Source: Lachnospiraceae bacterium (GTDB lineage Bacteria; Bacillota; Clostridia; Lachnospirales; Lachnospiraceae). Taken from it: a stretch of DNA of 41,189 nt. Location of the stretch: positions 1 through 41,189 of the forward strand of contig JAFWDW010000008.1 in NCBI GenBank assembly GCA_017515965.1, read 5' to 3'. The notes beneath the pieces were generated by a model. That model was not told the DNA's origin, searched no databases, and saw nothing but the letters and a program-made list of their open reading frames with translations. Shown piece after piece: positions 35,228-41,189 of the stretch (position 1 is its first letter; every line of letters begins with the position of its first letter). The position numbers were made by a program, and so were the translations under genes.

Positions 35228-35634
35228 AAGAGTTAAGGTTTACACTGGAGGAACCGGCAAAGAGAAACTTCGGTGCGGCAAAAAAGAACAAACGCGAGAC
35301 CGGATCGGATTATGAAGAGAAAGCCGCCGGATTTCTTCAGTCCTGCGGATATACGATACTGGAAAAGAATTACAGGATCCGTACCGGAGAAATAGATCTG
35401 ATCGTGCGCGACCGCAAATACCTTGTGTTTTGCGAAGTCAAATACAGAGCGGACAAACGTGTGGATACGGCACTCGAGGCTGTTGATCAGAAAAAGCAGA
35501 TGAAGATCATCAATACGGCAAGATACTACCTGATGAGACATCCGTCATTGGAGAATCTGCTGATCCGTTTCGATGTGATCGGGATAAACCGGTACGGTCA
35601 TATTGAACATATACAGAATGCGTTTGAGGAATAA
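35224..35634 (+). CDS. yraN: YraN-family (UPF0102) endonuclease-like protein
   Basis: 136 aa. GEIDLIV...VFCEVKYR matches the PD-(D/E)xK-like YraN signature. ATGA overlap with rnhB. Confidence 0.88.
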   Translation: MKELRFTLEEPAKRNFGAAKKNKRETGSDYEEKAAGFLQSCGYTILEKNYRIRTGEIDLIVRDRKYLVFCEVKYRADKRVDTALEAVDQKKQMKIINTARYYLMRHPSLENLLIRFDVIGINRYGHIEHIQNAFEE

Positions 35635-35650
35635 TGTCAGGAGACAAGAA

Positions 35651-36523
35651 ATGCAAGTCAATCAGATTCAGATAAAAACAAAAGATGACCGTGAAGTTTT
35701 CAGCCTTCATGAACGCGATGGCGTCAGCTGGCTTTCTTCCTCATCCTTTGATCAGCTGCCGGGAATCCATATCGCAATTGCGACCAGATTCGGCGGTGTC
35801 AGTGAGGGAATGTATTCAACACTCAACTTCAGTGTGTCACAGGGCGATGATCCTGCCAAGGTGCGTGAAAATTTTATACGCTTTGGCAGAGCAATAGGGC
35901 TTCCTGCAGAACAGATGGTGCTGTCGCAGCAGACGCACACGACAAATCTGCGTTACTGCAGCGTCGAAGACGGCGGAAAAGGTATCCTGAGGGAACGCGG
36001 TTATACGGATATTGACGGACTCTATACAGATCATAACGGCGTTGGACTTGTCATTTCATTTGCCGACTGTGTTCCTGTGTTTCTGGCGGATCCGGTTAAA
36101 AGGGTGGTTGCGGCAGTTCATTCCGGATGGCGCGGTACCGTCGGGCGGATAGGAATGAAGATGGTGCGTATCATGTCTGACCGGTTCGGCTGTGATCCTC
36201 AGAATATTCATGCTCTTATCGGACCTTCTATCTGCCAGGACTGTTATGAAGTGGATGAACCGGTCATCACCCGGTTTAAGAACGAGTACAGTCAGGATCA
36301 ATGGCCGTTATTGTTCAGGCAGAGCGATGAACAGATCAGGACCGGACACTGCCAGCTGGATCTGTGGCAGGCAGCCCGGCTGAATCTGCTGGAAGCAGGA
36401 GTGGATGATCAGCATATCACGGTCACAAATCTCTGTACCTGCTGCAATCCTGATTTAATCTTTTCACATCGTGCGACTGGCGGGCGCAGGGGAGTGACCG
36501 TAGGTGTGATTTTTATGCAGTAA
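35651..36523 (+). CDS. pgeF: Peptidoglycan editing factor PgeF (YfiH/DUF152 laccase-domain protein)
   Basis: Start MQVNQ at 35651 (SD AGGAGA). FADCVPVFL, AAVHSGWRGT, LCTCC...FSHR motifs of the YfiH family. Confidence 0.88.
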   Translation: MQVNQIQIKTKDDREVFSLHERDGVSWLSSSSFDQLPGIHIAIATRFGGVSEGMYSTLNFSVSQGDDPAKVRENFIRFGRAIGLPAEQMVLSQQTHTTNLRYCSVEDGGKGILRERGYTDIDGLYTDHNGVGLVISFADCVPVFLADPVKRVVAAVHSGWRGTVGRIGMKMVRIMSDRFGCDPQNIHALIGPSICQDCYEVDEPVITRFKNEYSQDQWPLLFRQSDEQIRTGHCQLDLWQAARLNLLEAGVDDQHITVTNLCTCCNPDLIFSHRATGGRRGVTVGVIFMQ

Positions 36524-36527
36524 TGTC

Positions 36528-36556
36528 TTTACATTACAGCCTTATTTCGTTATAAT
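36528..36556 (+). promoter_or_regulatory. Promoter for tRNA-Thr (TTTACA-17-TATAAT)
   Basis: -35 at 36528-36533, 17-nt spacer, consensus -10 at 36551-36556, 12 nt before the tRNA. Confidence 0.55.
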
Positions 36557-36568
36557 ACGTTAACAGGT

Positions 36569-36641
<73 letters not shown>

Positions 36642-36649
36642 CTAACATG

Positions 36650-36688
36650 GCCCGTAAATTCCATTTTACGGGCTTTATGTTTTTTTTA
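36650..36688 (+). terminator. Intrinsic terminator after tRNA-Thr
   Basis: GCCCGTAAA-ttccat-TTTACGGGC followed by TTTATGTTTTTTTT. Confidence 0.82.
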
Positions 36689-36784
36689 TATTGTTTAATG
36701 GTACGGTAATTGTATTTTAGACCCTATCGCTTAAAATATTCTTGTATATTAGGCTCTGTAGATTACAGACGGGGATATTGAATC

Positions 36785-37180
36785 ATGCGGGATCGAATGA
36801 TACAATTTATGCGTGGGCGGTACGGGTATGATGAGCTCGGACGCGTGACGATGTGGAGTTCCCTCATCCTCTTTGTAATCTATGCGCTTACCGGTGTTCG
36901 CCTTTTGGCACTGATTGCCATCATTTTGCTTGCTCTGACAGATTTCCGTCTGTTATCACGCAATATAGCCAGAAGGAGCGAAGAAAACAGAGTTTTTCTC
37001 AAGAACACCGCATTCATCACAAGGCGATCTGCTCGCTTAAAACAAGATGTAAAGAACAGACGGCATTATCATATTTACCGCTGTCCTAACTGCAAGCAGA
37101 AGATCAGAATTCCAAAGGGAAAAGGACGTATCGAGATAACGTGTCCACGCTGTCATATCGAATTCATCAAAAAGAGTTGA
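36785..37180 (+). CDS. Small membrane protein with C-terminal zinc ribbon (function unknown)
   Basis: 131 aa. Two predicted TM helices (WSSLILFVIYALTGV / LLALIAIILLAL), a basic linker, and CPNC-x17-CPRC. The queH start follows 3 nt after its stop. Confidence 0.65.
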   Translation: MRDRMIQFMRGRYGYDELGRVTMWSSLILFVIYALTGVRLLALIAIILLALTDFRLLSRNIARRSEENRVFLKNTAFITRRSARLKQDVKNRRHYHIYRCPNCKQKIRIPKGKGRIEITCPRCHIEFIKKS

Positions 37181-37183
37181 GGT

Positions 37184-37828
37184 ATGTATCAAAGACAGCT
37201 GGAAGGAATCATAGAACAGATCAGGCATGATAACATGCGGCCTTCCCTTCTCATTCACGCATGCTGCGCTCCCTGCAGCAGTTACGTGCTGGAATACCTC
37301 ATTCCGTATTTCTCCATTACCGTCTATTATTATAATCCTAATATAGCTCCTGATAAGGAGTTTGAGTTCCGGTTAGCTGAAGAGAAACGCCTGATCGAAG
37401 AACTCCCCGGCGCACAGGAGATCAGAGTAGTAGCTCCTCCTTACGATCACCGGGAGTTTCTGTGTGAGGTCTCAGGACTTGAGTCGGAACCGGAAGGCGG
37501 AAAGCGGTGCGCGGTATGCTTCAGACAGAGGCTTGAGAGCGCAGCTGCTTACGCCGCTGAAAACGGATATGATTATTATACGACTACGCTGACGATCAGT
37601 CCGCTTAAAAACGCTCATTTACTCAACGAGATAGGAAATGAACTGGGCGAAAAATACCATGTACGTTTTCTGCCCAGCGATTTCAAGAAACGTGACGGAT
37701 TTAAGCGTTCGATCGATCTGTCGAAGCAATACTCATTATACAGGCAGAATTACTACGGATGTGAGTTTTCAAAAGCAGAGTGTGAGGCGAAAAAGAATAC
37801 ATACTCTGCATCAGAAAGGAAGATATAA
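37184..37828 (+). CDS. queH: Epoxyqueuosine reductase QueH (DUF208)
   Basis: 214 aa. LLIHACCAPCSSYVLEYL, YYYNPNIAP, CAVCFRQRLE and TTTLTISPLKN match the QueH family. Confidence 0.86.
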   Translation: MYQRQLEGIIEQIRHDNMRPSLLIHACCAPCSSYVLEYLIPYFSITVYYYNPNIAPDKEFEFRLAEEKRLIEELPGAQEIRVVAPPYDHREFLCEVSGLESEPEGGKRCAVCFRQRLESAAAYAAENGYDYYTTTLTISPLKNAHLLNEIGNELGEKYHVRFLPSDFKKRDGFKRSIDLSKQYSLYRQNYYGCEFSKAECEAKKNTYSASERKI

Positions 37829-39211
37829 ATGGCTCAGCTATGGGGAGGAAGATTCATTAAGGAGACTGCGCAGGAAGTCTTTGACTTTAACGAGTCCCTG
37901 TCTTTTGATAAGCGCTTGATGCCGCAGGATATTGCGGGCAGCATCGCGCATGTTAAAATGCTCTCAAAACAGTCTGTCATATCACAGCAGGAAGCCGAAC
38001 TCATCATAAAAGGTCTTGAGATGATAGAGAGTGACGCGGCACATGATCAGCTTGATTTTGACTGCGGGTTTGAGGACGTGCACAGCATGGTGGAAGCACT
38101 GCTGATCGAACGCGTCGGTGATACAGGCAAAAAGCTTCACACCGGACGCAGCCGGAATGATCAGGTGGCTCTCGATATGCGCCTTTATACGCGCGAGCAT
38201 ATCGATCTGACAAGAGAGCAGCTTTTTAATCTGCTCGCTCAGATCCTTGACTTGATGAAGAGTCATATCGAAACGGTCATGCCGGGTTTTACTCATTTAC
38301 AGAAAGCACAGCCGGTGACGCTTGCGCATCACCTCGGAGCTTATTTTGAAATGTTCAGAAGAGACAGAGAAAGGATGGGTGATATCAGACAGAGAATGAA
38401 CCTCTCGCCGCTCGGCGCGGGGGCTCTGGCCGGCACCACCTATCCGCTTGACAGGGAGTACACGGCTGAGCTGCTCGGCTTTGACGGGGTCATGACCAAC
38501 AGTATGGATGCAGTATCTGACCGTGATTATCTGATCGAGTATCTGGATGCCCTTGCAATTACCATGATGCATCTGAGCCGTTTTTGCGAAGAACTCATCA
38601 TGTGGAACAGCGATGAATATCGCTTTATCGAGATGGATGACAGATACAGTACGGGCAGCAGCATTATGCCGCAGAAGAAGAATCCTGATGTCGCTGAACT
38701 GATCCGCGGAAAATGCGGCCGCGTCTATGGCGCGCTTACCGCACTGCTCACAACGATGAAAGCTCTTCCGCTGGCGTACAACAAAGATATGCAGGAGGAC
38801 AAAGAAGGCTCTTTCATGGCAATGGATACCGTTTCTGTCTGTCTGCCTCTCTTTACCGGGATGCTTGCAACCGCAAAGTTTAATTCCGATAAGATGAGAT
38901 TAAGCGCGAGCCGTGGCTTTACAAATGCGACTGACGCTGCCGACTACCTTGTGAAAAAGGGTGTTTATTTCCGTGATGCACACCGGATCGTCGGAGAGCT
39001 GGTTCTGTACTGTATCGATCAGGGCAAAGGGCTTGAGGAGCTTACGCTGGATGAGTTTAAAACATTTTCTGATGTGATTGAAAACGATATATTTGAAGCG
39101 ATTGATCTGGATACCTGTGTGCGGGAGAGAAAGACTATCGGAGCTCCCGGAGCGGAGGCAATGAACAGAGCAATTGCGTCATATGAGGAATATATGAAGG
39201 AGGAAGTATAA
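37829..39211 (+). CDS. argH: Argininosuccinate lyase
   Basis: 460 aa. MAQLWGGRF N-terminus, TGRSRNDQV, GSSIMPQKKNPD fumarate-lyase signature. Confidence 0.97.
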   Translation: MAQLWGGRFIKETAQEVFDFNESLSFDKRLMPQDIAGSIAHVKMLSKQSVISQQEAELIIKGLEMIESDAAHDQLDFDCGFEDVHSMVEALLIERVGDTGKKLHTGRSRNDQVALDMRLYTREHIDLTREQLFNLLAQILDLMKSHIETVMPGFTHLQKAQPVTLAHHLGAYFEMFRRDRERMGDIRQRMNLSPLGAGALAGTTYPLDREYTAELLGFDGVMTNSMDAVSDRDYLIEYLDALAITMMHLSRFCEELIMWNSDEYRFIEMDDRYSTGSSIMPQKKNPDVAELIRGKCGRVYGALTALLTTMKALPLAYNKDMQEDKEGSFMAMDTVSVCLPLFTGMLATAKFNSDKMRLSASRGFTNATDAADYLVKKGVYFRDAHRIVGELVLYCIDQGKGLEELTLDEFKTFSDVIENDIFEAIDLDTCVRERKTIGAPGAEAMNRAIASYEEYMKEEV

Positions 39212-39212
39212 G

Positions 39213-40307
39213 ATGATGAAGCTTGATAAGAAACTTAAGGTTGGTGTACTGGGTGCGACGGGCATGGTCGGACAGCGCTTTCTGGTGCTGCTAGAGAATC
39301 ACCCGTGGTTTGATGTCGTCGTTGTAGCCGCTTCAGCCCGTTCTGCCGGACAGACTTACGAAGAGGCTGTCGGCGCACGCTGGAAACTTGAAGTACCGAT
39401 GCCTGAAAAATACAAAGATATGGTTGTTCAGGATATGCATAACATCGAAAATGTTGCCGGACAAGTAGATTTTGTGTTCTGCGCTGTAGATATGGGCAAA
39501 GAAGAAATCCGTGCGATCGAGGATGGTTATGCCAAGACGGAGACGCCGGTCGTTTCAAACAACAGCGCGCATCGCTGGACGCCTGATGTTCCGATGGTCG
39601 TACCGGAAATCAACCCGGAGCATTTTGATATCATTCCGTTCCAGAAAAAGAGACTCGGAACGAAGAGAGGATTCGTGGCGGTTAAGCCGAACTGCTCGAT
39701 CCAGAGCTATGCTCCGGCGATCAGCGCATGGCTGAAGTACGAGCCGACACAGGTTCTTGCCTGCACGTATCAGGCAATATCGGGAGCCGGTAAAACTTTT
39801 GCGAACTGGCCTGAGATGGTCGAGAACGTCATCCCCTATATCGGAGGCGAGGAGGCTAAGAGCGAACAGGAACCGCTGCGTATATGGGGCCGTATCGAAG
39901 ACGGCAAAATAGTCAAGGCCAAAGCGCCTATCATCACATCTCAGTGCATTCGTGTTCCTGTAGTGAACGGCCATACGGCTGCTACTTTTGTGAGCTTCAA
40001 GCAGAAAGTCGAGAAGGCGCAGTTGATAGAGGATCTGGTCAACTTCAAAGGCCTGCCTCAAAAGATGGATCTTCCGAGTGCTCCAAAACAGTTTATTCAA
40101 TACCTTGAGGATGATGACCGTCCGCAGGTCAAACTGGATGTCAATTATGAGGGCGGTATGGGCGTTTCTATCGGACGCCTTCGCGAAGATCTGCTCTTTG
40201 ACTGGAAGTTTGTCGGACTTTCACACAATACGCTCAGAGGCGCTGCAGGCGGCGCGATGCTCTGTGCTGAATCCTTAGTTGCGCTGGGATATATCGAGGC
40301 GAAATAA
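39213..40307 (+). CDS. asd: Aspartate-semialdehyde dehydrogenase
   Basis: 364 aa. GVLGATGMVGQRF Rossmann motif, active-site PNCSIQ, SHNTLRGAAG near the C-terminus. Confidence 0.94.
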   Translation: MMKLDKKLKVGVLGATGMVGQRFLVLLENHPWFDVVVVAASARSAGQTYEEAVGARWKLEVPMPEKYKDMVVQDMHNIENVAGQVDFVFCAVDMGKEEIRAIEDGYAKTETPVVSNNSAHRWTPDVPMVVPEINPEHFDIIPFQKKRLGTKRGFVAVKPNCSIQSYAPAISAWLKYEPTQVLACTYQAISGAGKTFANWPEMVENVIPYIGGEEAKSEQEPLRIWGRIEDGKIVKAKAPIITSQCIRVPVVNGHTAATFVSFKQKVEKAQLIEDLVNFKGLPQKMDLPSAPKQFIQYLEDDDRPQVKLDVNYEGGMGVSIGRLREDLLFDWKFVGLSHNTLRGAAGGAMLCAESLVALGYIEAK

Positions 40308-40310
40308 CCG

Positions 40311-40329
40311 TCGATAAGTATCGATTTTT
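40311..40329 (+). terminator. Weak terminator-like palindrome after asd
   Basis: TCGATAAGTATCGA followed by TTTTT. The usable stem is only about 5 bp and AT-rich. Confidence 0.25.
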
Positions 40330-40354
40330 CACATGGCCATCACGACAGAATTTA

Positions 40355-40363
40355 TGGTAAAAT
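40355..40363 (+). promoter_or_regulatory. Candidate extended -10 promoter (TGgTAAAAT) for recA
   Basis: TG at 40355-40356, TAAAAT at 40358-40363, about 80 nt upstream of the recA ATG. Confidence 0.35.
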
Positions 40364-40444
40364 AAGAGTCGGAATCAGACATGATCCTGTTGGTGCGGAT
40401 ACGGACTGTCAGAACATGATTGATAAACGAGGAGACAAACGAAA

Positions 40445-41189
40445 ATGATTAACGAAGAGAAACTCAAAGCATTAGATGCAGCCATTTCCAAACTTGAGAA
40501 GGATTACGGCAAAGGCACTGTGATGCGTCTTGGCGATGCAAAAGCAGATACGACAATTGAAGCGATTCCGACCGGTTCCATGAGTCTTGATATTGCGCTT
40601 GGTGTCGGCGGCATCCCGAAGGGACGTGTCATCGAGATCTACGGACCCGAGTCAAGCGGCAAGACGACCGTCGCGCTCCATGTTATTGCTGAGGCTCAGA
40701 AGCTGGGCGGGATCGCCGGGTTTATCGATGCAGAGCATGCGCTCGATCCTGTTTACGCAAAAAATATCGGTGTCGATATCGACGATCTGTATATCTCGCA
40801 GCCGGATTCCGGTGAGCAGGCACTCGAGATATGTGAGACTATGGTGCGCTCCGGCGCGATGGATCTGATCGTTGTAGACTCCGTAGCGGCTCTTGTGCCG
40901 CGTCAGGAGATCGATGGCGATATGGGGGATGCCCATGTCGGCCTGCAGGCCAGACTCATGTCTCAGGCGCTCAGAAAGCTCACACCGGTCATCAGCAAAT
41001 CACATTGTGCAGTGATCTTTATCAATCAGCTCAGAGAGAAAGTCGGTATCGTTTACGGCAATCCGGAAGTGACTACCGGAGGACGTGCTCTCAAATTCTA
41101 CGCGTCAGTCCGCCTTGACGTAAGACGTACCGAGACGCTTAAGAGCGGCGGAGAGATGATCGGCACCCATGTGCGCGTTAAGGTCGTCA
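40445..41189 (+). CDS. recA: Recombinase RecA, 3'-truncated by window edge
   Basis: Not in the ORF track because it has no stop in the window. My translation from ATG 40445 (SD AGGAGA): [31 protein letters not shown]...[17 protein letters not shown]...[10 protein letters not shown]...[10 protein letters not shown]... Confidence 0.97.
   Translation, partial: MINEEKLKALDAAISKLEKDYGKGTVMRLGDAKADTTIEAIPTGSMSLDIALGVGGIPKGRVIEIYGPESSGKTTVALHVIAEAQKLGGIAGFIDAEHALDPVYAKNIGVDIDDLYISQPDSGEQALEICETMVRSGAMDLIVVDSVAALVPRQEIDGDMGDAHVGLQARLMSQALRKLTPVISKSHCAVIFINQLREKVGIVYGNPEVTTGGRALKFYASVRLDVRRTETLKSGGEMIGTHVRVKVV

Noticed and set aside
40411-40424. LexA/Cheo box AGAACATGATTGAT upstream of recA
   Set aside because: Only the GAAC half matches; the second half is TTGA instead of GTTC. 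Kept only as part of the direct-repeat observation.

Overview
Gene-dense core-chromosome segment of a Firmicute, most likely a Clostridia/Lachnospiraceae-type organism. This is inferred from gene order (argR-recN; polA-coaE; folT-thyA-folA; bioY-birA; pheST-queA; ylxM-ffh-rpsP-KH-rimM-trmD-rplS-lepB-rbgA-rnhB-yraN) and from Clostridia-typical DUF families; no database search was possible. I call 46 CDS, 42 of them on the + strand. Two are cut by the window ends: argR at the 5' end and recA at the 3' end. recA is missing from the supplied ORF track because it has no stop in the window. I also call 4 solitary tRNA genes (Arg-CCG, Gly-CCC, Gly-GCC, Thr-CGT), a BirA operator, several sigma-A-like promoters and several intrinsic terminators. 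I see no rRNA, CRISPR array, transposase/integrase, prophage or recognisable defence island. I cannot point to a clear-cut novel system. The best leads are: (1) a signal-peptidase-I paralogue in the rplS-rbgA locus with both catalytic dyad residues substituted (Ser->Gly, Lys->Arg), next to an intact copy; (2) a Cys-rich DUF1284-type gene translationally coupled between bioY and birA behind a perfect BirA operator, which implies a biotin link; (3) an uncharacterised enzyme module around a divergent promoter region, with SAM-MTase and P-loop NTPase on one side and MobA-like nucleotidyltransferase, TylF-like O-MTase and a histidine-phosphatase::HD fusion on the other, the latter running without a break into polA-coaE; (4) two candidate leaderless mRNAs (ylxM and the MobA-like gene); (5) a tRNA / mRNA / tRNA mixed transcription unit. 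All functional calls come from reading motifs in the translations and from memory of protein families, so they need HMM/BLAST confirmation.
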